A stretch of 59,728 nucleotides of DNA, counting the filler, from Nemertoderma westbladi (taxonomy: Eukaryota; Animalia; Xenacoelomorpha), in NCBI GenBank assembly GCA_032718475.1. It is 3 parts of 3 records of this genome, joined end to end, with 100 filler letters (N's around TTAATTAATTAA, not from the genome) between each part and the next. Parts side by side here need not be neighbours in the genome. Positions count along the whole stretch, not along the records: positions 1 to 29,666 come from JAUCBJ010008160.1; positions 29,767 to 53,287 come from JAUCBJ010007003.1; 1 more part is not named here. The stretch is one strand, 5' to 3'. The stretch's first letter is position 1; the number at the start of each line of letters is the position of its first letter. The translations under genes and the position numbers were made by a program. Shown in pieces: positions 21,446-34,608 of this stretch. Under the pieces are notes generated by a model. That model ran no database searches. It saw only the letters and a program-made list of their open reading frames with translations, and was not told the origin of the DNA.

Positions 21446-22344
21446 ATTATATTTTCCAATATAATTAAATTATATCCTGCAACCTTATTTTAACAAATAA
21501 CCCTGCAACCATAGAGTTCGCTAAATAAACTTTACCATATTCAGCAGGGTGGAAATCTCTGTAATTAAATGTTTACAGCTGTTAGTTGTTTAGGAACACA
21601 TTAGTAAGTCTACGCGGGGTATCAATGGTGTTGTTATTTGTAGCTTCTTCCAGGTGGAATGATGAATGCACTCGGTTGATGTTTGTTATTGGGCCCATAT
21701 CCATTAAAATACTGTATTGCGGGGAGGTTTACATTCGGTTTTACTTGAATCTCATTGATAATTATGGAGCAAAGTCGTTTACGGTGTTTTAACGTGGTGA
21801 AGAATGATTCAGGAAAGTGTCCGACCATAGTTTTGTTTCGCTCAGTATATTTATATATTTTATTAGTATATATTATAGTGTGGTATACCACTATGTAAGA
21901 AATTAGGTGATTATACTGTTTCCGTATCCAGTACTGGCAGCCTGATTTATATTATTCTAGAACTTCAAGTGTATGTATCTATGTATGGTCGGATTTAAAG
22001 CTGGCCTTTGTAGACTAATACTGCTATACTGGACTGCCTACACAAAACTGTACTGTATAATGCGAAATTACTTAAACCCAACAGCCCAAAACTGCAGGAC
22101 TCTTGATCTTGAACTGGCAACAACCCAACCAACCCAAACGAAGTAGAGAAGTATAGCCATAATTCAGTAATTACTGAATTATTGTAGAATTAATATAACC
22201 GGTAACCTATTAGGCCTACAGTCAGACAGTATTACAGTATTAGCTCATTAGGCCTGCTCCTGCTATATCAAAACATTATTATTCATTTCTTCTCGAACTG
22301 GCTGACTGGGACGACTTGAACTCTAAAGTGACAGCAATCAGACA

Positions 22345-24525
22345 ATGGAATGGTTTACTTATGGTTCCGAGTCAGGCAACGCATTGGTAATTACCAAATC
22401 GATGTTCGCGAACATCTGTTCAGAAAATGGTTCGTTTGTGCGGGCGTTTCTCGAAGAATACCTGGACGCAAACTCGAGTTTTCTGGACTCTTATGTTGCT
22501 AAGAATTGTACAGCTGCTCACATTACCGAGTGGTTGCATCTTTCACTCTCCTCTGGATCTAACAACGTCACCGCCACCTCGGCTTTGCCACACAACCCGA
22601 CCCAATCACCGGCCACTGTCCCTACTGCCGGGTACCGCGAGACCAGTATGCCGCAGTGCCCATTGAGGACATCGGCGTCGACACCTACGTACCACCACAA
22701 TGACAATCCTGCGACAGGAAAGCATCCGCAATCTCGATACTCGAATCAACCCACGCCACCTACCGAACCCTCCTCTATGCAGCCTGTGGTGAGGTTACAA
22801 CATCTCAACCAGACAGACTTCCCGGGAGAACAAAGACAAATAGATCCGAAACTGAGTCCGATAGACACCAAACCAAACCCCATTAAATCTGAATCGAGTA
22901 ATAATACAACCAGTTCAACTATATTACCTTATAACAACATATCGTATACCCCCGCAGTAACCGCAACCAACTCAAACCATTATTCTACCCAACCTCTATC
23001 AGCAGACCAGTCAGATGTTCCGGTAATCCTACGCATTAAGACGGAAGATGAACTGGAATATAAACCCGACCTAAACGAGGTTGGCGATGGTGTGGGTGAT
23101 TTGTTCTCCCCTATAGATGTAGCATATGGAATCCGTCACGATATCCTAACAGAAACTAGCTCATCGACCCCCCACACCACCCAGGGTCTCTCACCACCCA
23201 CTAGCTCCTCACCAACCCTCACTACTCAGCCTCTAGGCGACTTCAACTTAAACCTTCCCAACACCTACAACCTCCCGTTAAGACCTAAATCAACAACAGT
23301 TTCCGGTATCGGTGAGTTAATATGTTTTGGATAGCAAACATAGTTTATAGTCCATATTGCCTACAAACTAGTGTTTAAATGGGATCAGACTTTTCGGAAT
23401 TTCCGGGACCGGGAATATCACTCTCGGGATCCCGTTTTTTGGGATCGGGATTGCTTTCGAATTTTTGATGAATCTCCTTAAAGTTATTAGTATATGTGGT
23501 AGGTGTAGGGTAACACTCACTTTATCTTACACTTCTGAAATATTAGTAAGATAAAATTATATTACAATTATTTTGCAATAAAGTACTGGATGGTTTACTG
23601 ACATAAAAATTCGGTATAATCCGTTCTGCTGGAACTATTTATCAGATATTCAACAAATTTACTTCACTATTTGTACATCGGGATTCCGTTCCAAAAAAAG
23701 TCGGGATCGGGTCCGGGATTGCTTTTTTTTACCGGGATCCCGGTTTTTCGGGATTGTGATCCAGTTATAATAGTTATGGGTCTAGAAATTACAGAATTAT
23801 ATGAATTTAAAACTACATAAATAAATATTATCCGTTATTGATCCACTCCATTACTTTCTATAGGCGGCCAATCACAACCATCCCCTGATGATTTTGACAT
23901 GCTCACTTCCGACGATGACGTAACACTCCGAAGTATGAATAATCCCTTCGACCAACCTGGTCCCTCTGGGATTCAACCCCGGGACATTGTGAAAGGAAGC
24001 CGCTCCAATGAGAAGCCCTTCAGCTGTGATACTTGTGATAAGACGTTCGCAAGGAACAGCCGCCTAATTATACACCAACGGATCCACACCGGCGAGCGTC
24101 CTTACCAATGCGGTATCTGCAACAAACGATTCTCTCGATTCGATAGCCGAACCAGGCACAAGCGGACGCATTCCGGAGAGCGTCCGTTCGTGTGCGACAC
24201 GTGCGGGAAGAGATTTACGGAGAGCGGCCATCTAAAGTCCCACAACAGAATTCACACGAAAGATCGACCGTACTTGTGCGACACGTGTGGGAAGGGATTT
24301 ACGGAGAGCGGCAATCTAACGTCCCACAACAGAATTCACACGAACGATCGACCGTACTTGTGCGACACGTGTGGGAAGGGATTTACAGTGAGCGGCAATC
24401 TAAAAACTCACAAGAGATCACATACAGGTGAACGACCGTTTAGCTGCGATACATGCGGGAAATGTTTCTCCCACCGACATCAAGTAAAGCGCCACAAATG
24501 TATCCGCAGTGGGGAGACTCGGTAA
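22345..24525 (+). CDS. Two-exon C2H2 zinc-finger protein (copy B, ~542 aa; join 22345-23311, 23864-24525)
   Basis: Donor G|GTGAGT at 23312 and acceptor ttctatAG at 23862-23863 give an in-frame phase-1 join. Helical N-terminus, S/T/P-rich linker with IKTE motif, 5 C2H2 plus 1 C2HC fingers. Confidence 0.82.
23381..23762. mobile_element. Intronic MITE-like element rich in cgggat subrepeats
   Basis: gggatca...tgatcc ends, with clustered cgggat/atcccg motifs near both ends. Confidence 0.45.
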
Positions 24526-24819
24526 CTGTAATGTTTGTCAGGAACGTTCCGTCAACTTCCATGTATATTGGTAGACACTATTGCACACTGTTTGCAGTTT
24601 GAACTATAATAAACTATATATGACGTTATTCTGTTATTTGTAGATTGAACTGCTATAATATATGTCCCTCTGTCCGTCCCCTAAGCTTAAACTCTTGTTA
24701 TAATGAATAATAATGGTTGAATATCAATGGTGTTAAAACTTAATTTAAAAATACGTTGGATTTATTCATTAATAATTCCCACACTGTTTGTTTTTATTTG
24801 TAAATATTATTAAATATAC

Positions 24820-25434
24820 CACAACACACCTCACGCCAACAAACTTTGACAAATTAGACAAAATTAAGGCGGTTTACCTTAAACGCTGCATGGGTCTCTA
24901 TAAATCAACACAAAACCGACTTGCTCTCGCCCTTCATCTACAGGAACCCTTCTGTGTCGAATCTCAGGTTACATTAAATCTACCCAGAATATTGGCCTAT
25001 GAATAATACGTCGAACTCCAAGCGATTAAAATGACCGAAATTCCTCCTAAATTCTGGCAATCACAGGGTTTTACAACAGAAGCTGGACAGAGTCCAACCA
25101 TCCCCTACGCCAAGTGACAACCCGCTTTAGTTGCCACCACTTAATCTGTTGTACGACGGGATATCACGCCCCAGACATTGACTGTCGATGCCGTCTGTGT
25201 GGGGATACCGCCACACTTTATCATCTCACCGAGTGCACCGCGAACCACGAGCCACTTCGACACTGGGCAACATTGTCTTGCCCCACCCCCTAGTTTGCCT
25301 ATTTTAAACTCCGACCTTTATATATTTATTTTAATTAAATCTAATCTGTTTTAAACTGCGCTGTGCATTTAATTATATTTTATTTCTTACTTTACTGTGC
25401 CGACACCATGGCGTGATTCTTTAATATATATATA
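24820..25434 (+). mobile_element. Degenerate 3' fragment of a LINE related to the RTEX-like element
   Basis: LDKIKAVYLKRCMGL..S and CHHLICC..YH...CRCRLCGD...YHL.EC match the ORF2 C-terminus at 13985-14450. Same ctttaa(ta)n tail. Confidence 0.8.
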
Positions 25435-25439
25435 ATGTG

Positions 25440-25922
25440 ACCCCAAAAAAAATTATTCAACACCAAATAAAATAAAGTCACCCCAAATAAAATTATTCAA
25501 ACACCAAAACAAATTTTTCAACACCAAAAACAATTATTCAACACCGAAAACAATTATTCAACACCAAAAACAATTATTCAACACCAAGAACAATTATTCA
25601 GCACCAAAATAAATGCTCCCCAAAACCAATTGTTAGCACCAAAATAAATGACAAAACCCCCAAAATAATTACAAATTTTTCCAAAACAAATGCATTTTCG
25701 CCCAAAATAAATACATTTTCTCCGAAAAACAAATACATTTTCCCCCAAACCAAATACATTTTCCCCCAAAACAAATACATTTTCCCCCAAAACAAATACA
25801 TTTTCGCCCAAAATAATAAATTTTCCCCCAAAACAAATACATCCCCTAAAATAGAAATACATTTTCCCCCAAAACAAATACATTTTTGCCCAAAATAAAT
25901 ACATCATCCCCCAAAATAAATA
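25440..25922. repeat. ~20-22-bp degenerate minisatellite
   Basis: caccaaaaacaattattcaa and ttttcccccaaaacaaatacat units. Confidence 0.9.
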
Positions 25923-25985
25923 CTACTGCAGCAATAAGCCTAGCACTTCCTTTAATTTAGATAAAAACTTCGAGACAGGGGGCAA

Positions 25986-26869
25986 ACTGGACACAAAACC
26001 CGACTGGGCACGGCAGGTCATACTGTATTACTGAGTGGCTGCTGCGTTCACTCTTTACTGGGTCTAACAACGCCTCCACCACCTCGGCTTTGTCTCACAA
26101 CACGACCCAATCACCGCCACTGTCACTGCTAACGGTAGTAGCTGTGAGACCAGTGTGCCACAGATTCCAATGAGGATATCGGCGTCGACACCTACGTACC
26201 ACCACAATGACAATCCTGCGACAGGAAAGCATCCGCAATCTCGATACTCGAATCAACCCACGTCACCTACCGTCACCGGGCGTCACCAACCCTCCTCTAT
26301 GCAGCCTGTGGTGAGGTTACAACATCTCAACCAGACAGACATCCCGGGAGAACAAAGACAAATAGATCCCAAACTGAGTCGGATAGTCACCAAACCAAAC
26401 CTCATTGAATCTGAATCGAGTAATAATACAGCCAGTCCAACTTTATTACCTTGTAACAACATATCATCCTATACCCCCGCAGTAACCGCAACCAACTCAA
26501 GCCATTATTCTACCCAACCTCTATCAGCAGACCAGTCAGATGTTCCGGTAATCCTACGCATTAAGACGGAAGACGAACTGGAATATAAACCCGACCTAAA
26601 CGAGGTTGGTGATGGCTTGGGCGATTTATTCTCCCCTATAGATGTAGCATATGGATACAGTACAGACACTAATGCTTCGACCCCCCACTCAGCTCAGCAG
26701 AATCTCATCCCGGACTCTAACTCCCTGTGCCCCAACACCGCTCATGGTCCCCTAACAGACACTAGCTCCTCACCAACCCTCACTACTCAGTCTCTAGACG
26801 TCTTCAACTTAGACCTTCCCAACACCTACAACATCCTTTTGGCCCCTAAATCGACAGTTTTCTGTATCG
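25986..26869 (+). pseudogene. Partial first exon of the zinc-finger family (copy C)
   Basis: Closely matches 22460-23311 with the same atcg|GTGAGT donor. 5' end decayed, and no finger exon is seen before the gap. Confidence 0.8.
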
Positions 26870-27112
26870 GTGAGTTACTATTATTTGTATAGTAAATAAC
26901 GTTTATTCCGTATTACTGCCAATCTGGTCAGATTGTCAAATTGTTTATTTATAGTAAAAGTTATGATAGTTCTGAGTTAAGTTTTTGATTTTTAAGATTT
27001 TTATCTGGTTTAATTAAATTCAATCTAGACTGAAGCCTTTCTCACCAAAATATCAAATATACGAAGCCTATTTGCAAAACTCAACGAATTGCAAACAATA
27101 CTCCAGAATAGA

Positions 27113-28050
27113 GACATTCCATACTGTGTCAGAGAAATGGCTGGACTCTATTATCCAGATGAAGAAATACAAATACAAGGGATTCCATTCTGTGTCAGAG
27201 AAATGGCTGGACTCTATTATCCAGATGAAGAAATACAAATACAAGGGAATCCATTCTGTGTCAGAGAAATGGCTGGACTCTATTATCCAGATGAAGAAAT
27301 ACAAATACAAGGGATTCCATTCTGTGTCAGAGAAATGGCTGGACTCTATTATCCAGATGAAGAAATACAAATACAAGGGAATCCATTCTGTGTCAGAGAA
27401 ATGGCTGGACTCTATTATCCAGATGAAGAAATACAAATACAAGGGAATTCATTCTGTGTCAGAGAAATGGCTGGACTCTATTATCCAGATGAAGAAATAC
27501 AAATACAAGGGAATCCATTTGGTGTCAGAGAAATGGCTGGACTCTATTATCCATATGAAGAAATACAAATACAAGGGAATCCATTTGGTGTCAGAGAAAT
27601 GGCTGGACTCTATTATCCAGATGAAGAAATACAAATACAAGGGAATTCATTCTGTGTCAGAGAAATGGCTGGACTCTATTATCCAGATGAAGAAATACAA
27701 ATACAAGGGATTCCATTCTGTGTCAGAGAAATGGCTGGACTCTATTATCCAGATGAAGAAATACAAATACAAGGGAATCCATTCTGTGTCAGAGAAATGG
27801 CTGGACTCTATTATCCAGATGAAGAAATACAAATACAAGGGAATTCATTCTGTGTCAGAGAAATGGCTGGACTCTATTATCCAGATAAAGAAATACAAAT
27901 ACAATGGATTCCATTCTGTGACAGAGAAATGGCTGGACTCTGTTATCCATATGAAGAAATACAAATACAAGGGATTCCATTTTGTGTCAGAGAAATGGCT
28001 GGACTCTATTATCCAGATGAAGAAATACAAATACAAGGGATTCCATTCTG
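27113..28050. repeat. 66-bp tandem repeat, ~14 copies
   Basis: Unit ccattctgtgtcagagaaatggctggactctattatccagatgaagaaatacaaatacaaggga(a/t)t. Confidence 0.97.
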
Positions 28051-29519
28051 ATTCGCACAAGTTATTGTGATTACATATCTGAATCACTGTCTTATAAATA
28101 GGTCCTAACTATTGCGTCTATCACTTTAAAATATTCCGTTTTTCCGAGACACTCCATCATCACATTAATCAGTGCTGCAATATTTTATAAGACCCCTTGA
28201 ACCTTTCTACCAAAGTCTCAACATTTGGTCGATTTCATGATCAAACTTTACCTGTATTAATGTACAATGTCGAATCGAAAAAACTACATTAACATTAATA
28301 ACATTGCTACGGCTGGCCATCAATAATGAGTTGAACTATTTATTACGGAGTGTGATACGGGGGGGGGGGGGGGGGGGGGGGGCTCAAGCTGTACCGCACC
28401 GATTAACATTAATTGTCTTGTATTAATTACCGTCAACTGGGGTGAAGTGGGAAATATTTATCAAAATTTTGTACAAAAGTCAATTTTACTTAAAATATGA
28501 CAGTAAAGGTTTTGTAATGAGAAATATGACACTGAAATACATTATATTTGGCTTGAATTTACTGCAGTTTCCCAAAATCCATATTCTTTTTTTTTGTTTT
28601 ATTTCATCCCACTTCACCCCCATGAGGTGGGGTGAAGTGAAGTGGGAATATTTGAAACTATTTTATAAATATATTAAATTTGTCTCTTTCCCAGTTTAAT
28701 ATTTGATTGGGGTGAAGTGGGATTTATGGGGTGTTTTTAAAAAAATGTAAGAGCACCGCATACTATTGTTACAAGTTACAATAGTACAGTATATATATAT
28801 ATATATATACACCTATTTAGTATTTATGTAGAATATTATTCATATCAATGGTACCGGTACAAGAAATGCTATATTTCTACAAATTTATAAATGCTTTACA
28901 GGTTACAATATTTCAGTCAGTACCAGTTTTATGTTTTATTTATATTTTATGTTTTCTTAGTAATTAAAGTATGAAACCTCACGTACTAGAAAGCCAGCAA
29001 GCTGGCTGGAAGGAGCCCGGAGGAAAAATCCTAGCCAATACTATTACAAAGAACTATGTCATGTCAGTCAGCAGTAAGTAAACTAAACAATTGTCTAAAC
29101 TGTAAGGCATGAGGCTAGTTGACTTTGTGGCTCGCCCCACATAATAAAAAATGCAACTTAGCTACCACTAACAAAAATATAATACTGTATGAAGCAAATA
29201 ATTTCATTATCAAGCACGTTTACAAGATATAAGATACGATTACTGAATATTTATAAAATATGCCCAAGATGCACAACCAGATAAATAACAACGAATAGAG
29301 CCAAATAATAAATTTAGTTTCCTTTTAAATGTATCGCAATAATTTTTATTGTCCGTTTAAATCACTCATGATGTCCTTTTTTTTACTTTTTATGTCCCCA
29401 AGAAATTTACCGTTAGGTTCCGTGCTACCGGTTTCTCTACTGTACTGCTGTTCTCTCAGGCTATCAGTACCGGTATTAGTATACAGAGCACTATTTTGCA
29501 GTATTGCTGTATTGTATGT

Positions 29520-29666
29520 ATGTACACACTACAACACTACACCCCAATAATACACACTACTGCCCTTGCCGCCCCAACAATACACACTACAACACTACAC
29601 CCCAATAATACACACTACTGCCCTTGCCGCCCCAACAATACACACTACTGCCATTGGCGCCCCAAC
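29520..29666. repeat. Short tandem repeat running into the gap
   Basis: tacacactactgcccttgccgccccaacaa and tacacactacaacac units. Confidence 0.85.
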
Positions 29667-29766
29667 NNNNNNNNNNNNNNNNNNNNNNNNNNNNNNNNNN
29701 NNNNNNNNNNTTAATTAATTAANNNNNNNNNNNNNNNNNNNNNNNNNNNNNNNNNNNNNNNNNNNN
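29667..29766. other. Assembly gap with TTAATTAATTAA spacer
   Basis: N-run with a central artificial-looking linker, identical in form to 53288-53387. Confidence 0.95.
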
Positions 29767-30307
29767 ATGGTCGTCCACATTTAACGCGATACAACCCCTC
29801 ATCAAGATGAAGGAGAGCGTTGTACGAAACGAGTTAAACGCTATTCTATAAAGATCAAAAAGGAAACCTGCGTTTGTTCAGATAAACGTAAGTTATAATA
29901 GTAAGTCCAATCGATAAACGAATTGGCCTTATCTCAGTTCGATTGGGAAACCTCGAATCTCAAAGAAGATATCAAGCTTAGAAAACCCTATTCTCTGCGA
30001 GAGTTTTGGACGAACGTATCCCATGACAAGCGGAGGAAAATCAGCTCGAGGAGAAGCATATCGAAATGGACGAGACACCGACCGTAAACCCAAACCTTTT
30101 AATGCAATCATATTGCACCCTTCACCCAGGAGTTATGGCCCTCCTAGTAAAGTGGCTCCCCCCAAAGAGAAAAGGACTCTTGCTAGCCTCAAGAAACTGC
30201 GTAAACGCCGTCCGCGCAAGAAAGACTAACTGTTTAGAGTATTTTTATATTTTAGAAACTGTGATTTTGTATATTTTATAGACTTAAATCCCATTTTCTG
30301 GGAGCGG

Positions 30308-31507
30308 TGTAAAAGCTTTTGTGGGATAACTGATTCGTTTGCCTTGTTGGCCAGTTCCCCCCCAGTCGCTAAGAATACTCTCAAAGTGATCTACAGCTAA
30401 AAATAGTGCAAGTTACCAGCTTATTGGCTGATTTGCTGTACGCAGGCATCTGGGCTCTGTTTAATCGGCCACCAAGCCTAGGGAGGTTGCGTCATAGCCT
30501 TGTTTTTGTATCTCCCAATAGAATTTGAGCTAGCCTTGATTTTGACCTATCACAGAGCTGCTGAACTGAAAATTTCCTATCTCACTGCTCTTTCTCTGTG
30601 TTGAACGGGAGCTTCGTGGAATAAGGGAGTTGGTATCCTCGTATAGAGCAGTAGTCACGAGTTTTTCAAAGCCACGAAAGAACGGCTTTGTAGTGTTTTA
30701 TGTTTTATGCTTTTTAGCTCAACACTAGTAGGTTTAATTACAAGGACATATATCCTTTAACTGGCTGACCAAACGCACCTGATTACTGACTGATGGTCTT
30801 AACTCAAAACAAACTGGCACGATTGATCTGTCAATACTGTGTACTGCTATTTGTTGTCGGTTATTCATTATATTTGTTGATGAATTATTATATTTGGAAT
30901 AACGATCAATAACCCCGAAACCCAATATTCTTGATATAACGAAGGTAAGAGAGAAAGGTTATCAATAACGATTGTGACTTATGTTAAAGTGGTTTGAAGT
31001 GAATCTAATGTTATTTGGTAGACCCTACATGAGTCAGTCTGTGTTCCTTTTATATGTGACTAAAATCAGTAAAGATTGGCAGATTAGTGTGCAGTATTGT
31101 GCAGCATTGTGTGCGAGTGAGTCTGTTAAAGAAGCAATTCCTAAAGAATGCGCCATATATGTGAATTATAATTAAGCCATATCGTTGTGAGTAGTTTAAG
31201 TCATAACTCTGTTTATATAGATAAAGCGCCACGTCCTAAAGGAACTGTTAATATTCCCGAAGGTGAATAATATTGTCAGAGATTATATAATACTGTCAGT
31301 CGAATAATACATTAGGCTTACATAGCAATAAAATTAAACCGTCGAACCCAATCTCCCGGGAATATCCAGCGGGTGAATGGTCGCGCACGGATTGGTTTCG
31401 ACTAGTGTAGTGAATCAAATACTTGTCATAGGCTAAAAAGCGATTTAATATCTAGAAGACATCTTAATTTGGCGGGTTAAACTGCCAAAGGTCTGAAAGC
31501 GCGAACA
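30308..31507 (+). repeat. ~1.2-kb 3' LTR of the same family as 1936-3100
   Basis: Purine-rich gggagcgg, then TGTAAAAG...GCGAACA. The last ~840 bp are homologous to 1936-2790. Confidence 0.7.
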
Positions 31508-33800
31508 GACAGCATCCGCAAACTCCTCGCAAACTTCACACAGCTCCTCTGCGCCCTCCATTGTGCCAACTTACACCTATCCACCAAGAAGACGTTTATC
31601 TGCCCTCAGACCACCACCATCCTCAGTTGGTCATGGTCCAACAGTTTGTTATCCGCATCTACCCTCATCACGTCCGCTTGTCCCAGTGTATCATCCCAGC
31701 TACAGTTCGGGATCTCCATTCATACCTAGGATCTTACAAGGTTCTCGCCCGCATCCTCCTGTGCTGCTCTGCACTAGTGACCCCACTCGAGTCCCTCCTT
31801 ACACCCAAACCGGGTGACTCTGTCGCTTGGTCGCCCGAGCTTAACGCAGTCTTCCACCGATCCAAGCCACCATCCAGTCATGCTGGTCCGTCACCATCCC
31901 GCATCCCAGCGACAAACTCTTCTTCGTTATAGACACTGCATCGTCCGTCGACGGCCTAGGTGCAGTGTTGTATTCTAAACACGGTAAGGAACTCCTCCTT
32001 TCCGGATTTTACTCTGCTAAGCTAAACGCCCACCAGCGAACCTGGCTCCCGTGCGAGTTAGAAGTGCTCGCCATTGCAGCCACAGTACAACACTTTCTCA
32101 CATATTTCATTAGCTCCTCCAAGCAGTCGCATGTCCTCACCAACCCTGCGTTGAGGCATGCACAAAGATGTCCCACGGCACTTACTCCAACAGTCCCCAC
32201 CTGTCAACCTTTCTATCTAACGCTAGCCAGGCCCAATTAACTATCTCCCACATCAAGGAAACCACTAACCTACCAGCTGACTTTCAGAGTCGCAAGGTCG
32301 AGCCATGCTCTCTCCCGGCGTGTCAGGTTTGTTCCTTTGTCGCATCCGTCGCTGAGTCCCCCATAGTACGTCTCACGACACAGCCACCAGGTAGTCCACC
32401 CCCCTACCCGTCCCCGAGGTGCTTTGCATCCACCGAGTTGGGTGACCCGCGCCCCCTCTATGCTAGCCATCCCGCGTTTCTGGCTACCCAATGTGAGTGC
32501 GCCGACCTCGTCCGCATTGCAGAACATCTTGCATCTGGCACACAACCTTCCAAGCGTATTACCGACAAACGCAATGTTAAACGGTACCTGGGCATCTGCT
32601 CCCTTGCCCCCTCCGGTCTCATAGTCGTCTGCTGACAGTGCCCATTCACATCTCACTACGACGTTATTGTCGTACCCCGCTCCACCCTTGCGGGACTCCT
32701 TACTTCCCTCCACCATCCCGGGCCCAGCTCCGTAATAACATCTCCCAATACTTCCACGCACTAGATCTCGACCGTGCCCTTAACAAAGTATCTGCCCAGT
32801 GCCACCAATGCATCACCCTGGCAATGGCCCCCCCTCGCGTAGTACCCCAGTCCTCCCTCAATCCACCGTCTGTCGCCGGCCATTCATTTGCCGCTGATGT
32901 CCTCTGCCGCCATTCACAGAGGATCCTTCTTATCCGCGAAACTGTGTCATCCTAAACTAATGCCATCATCATTCCCAACGAACAATTGGACACTCTGCGC
33001 GACGCCTTAATGAACCCTGGCCTTTGGTATGTGTCCCCTTAGCGGCCCCCTTGCCGCCATCCGGACCAACCCCGGCCCAGGATTTCAGGCCCTCATTGGC
33101 GACCACACCCTCAAGTCCCACCACCTCCTCCTCGAAGTCAGCGCCCGGAAGAATATTAACCAAATTCTCGTCGCCAAACACGCCATCGGAGAACTGCAAG
33201 CCGAGCTACTTAAGCTCCTTCCCTCTGGTGGACCCTTTTCATCCACATCCCTTGCCATTGCGGTGGCCCACCTTAACACCCGACTCTGTGTTCCCGGGCT
33301 GTCCGCACGCGAGATCCTCTTCCAGCGTGATCAATTTACCGGTGACCAACTCCCATTGGACGAAACTGCGATCATCTCCACCCAACACGACCGTCGCCTT
33401 GTCAACCACACGGCCAGTGCGCGCTCCAAGGTTCACCACCACACCATCTTACCCGTGTTCACCGCCCTCAACGTGGGCGACCTTGTACACCTCTACTTTG
33501 ACACCCCCCGCTTAGGCGCTCGCCCCTGGTATATCGTTAGCGCTACAGACGGCACATGGTGCTCCATTTACAAGTTTACGGGCACCCAACTCCGCGCACA
33601 CGCCTACAGGGTCCCACAGGCCGACTGCTTCCTCGTATCAACAGAATCGCACAACCCACTACAGTCGTCGACCATGAGTCGGACTCCGATACCGAGTCCC
33701 TCAACGATTCTTACCCAGCCAGGTCCCTGGCAGAGGAACCCACCAGCACACCACATAGAAACTCGCGCCTGAGCCTGGTGCGTGCGTCCTGTGTGCATGG
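31508..33800 (+). pseudogene. Degenerate Gypsy pol fragment (RT thumb, RNase H, integrase)
   Basis: LGSYKVL, GFYSAKL..HQRTWLPCELEVLAIA, NLPADFQSR, CHQC, SFAADV and LSAREILFQRDQFTG, spread over several frames with stops. Confidence 0.85.
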
Positions 33801-34454
33801 CTCACCCCATCCAACGCGATTGACTAGCTGCGATTAACCACCACCCCCCCCCCCCCCCCCTACTTCTACCACGAGTTAGTTAGTTGCTATTTATACATAC
33901 TGAGATTATAATCCCCCGTGGTGACTCCAGCCACTAACTAGTTGTATACTCCTATTTAGTGTGTTTATAGTTAGTTATATTACGTATGTAAACCTTACAC
34001 GTTCATGGGGCCTTCGCGCTTTACGAGGCCCAGTTATGAGATACAAATTAAATTGAGCGACTGTATCACGAAATCAGTATCTGAGAAATTTAACCATACC
34101 GCCAATCAATCAAAGAGAGGGGGACATTACGTTTTCAGCCCTTTTAATCTGCACCCCCCCCCCCCCCCCCCCCCCTTCCTACCAAGCAATACATAACCGC
34201 GACACCTACCACCCACGAGGCGGAAGGGCAGCACAAACTTATTTCCAATCGCACGTTCAATTTACAAAGCCATGTGGTTTATAGGAATATAATAATCGCA
34301 GTACTCGTCTTCATTATAAGCCTCGTTGCGTTCGTCCTGTTTTGTATTTAAATATATTTCTTAAACACAGGCTGACGATCTTTATAATAAAATAAAGTAC
34401 AGTGTATTTTCTGAACGGGCATTTATCAGGGCAGGGCTTTTGTAAATAAATTCC

Positions 34455-34495
34455 AAGGGCAAGGGCAAGGGCAAGGGCAAGGGCAAGGGCAAGGG
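34455..34495. repeat. (AAGGGC)n microsatellite
   Basis: Direct reading. Confidence 0.9.
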
Positions 34496-34608
34496 TTCTG
34501 TTGTGCTCTGGGATATGTTATTGATGGCAATAAGGATTCTAATTCGCCCACTTCCCATTCATCCTTTAGGAATGATATAATGAATATTTTTTCCATGATA
34601 GGTCAAAT

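Noticed and set aside
9274-23895. CTGATGA hammerhead-core matches (9274, 17907, 23885)
   Set aside because: All lie within coding sequence and lack convincing stems and a correctly placed GAAA.
27068-28087. Repeat-protein genes or a CRISPR array in the 66-bp repeat
   Set aside because: No spacers. A stop-free unit divisible by 3 produces long ORFs trivially.
29667-29766. TTAATTAATTAA palindrome as a biological site
   Set aside because: It is centred in N-runs at both gaps, so it is a scaffolding linker. Adjacency across the gaps is uncertain.
1936-31507. Inverted pair read as Polinton terminal inverted repeats
   Set aside because: TG...CA ends, a purine tract and PBS position indicate LTRs. 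The pair also spans host genes and an assembly gap.
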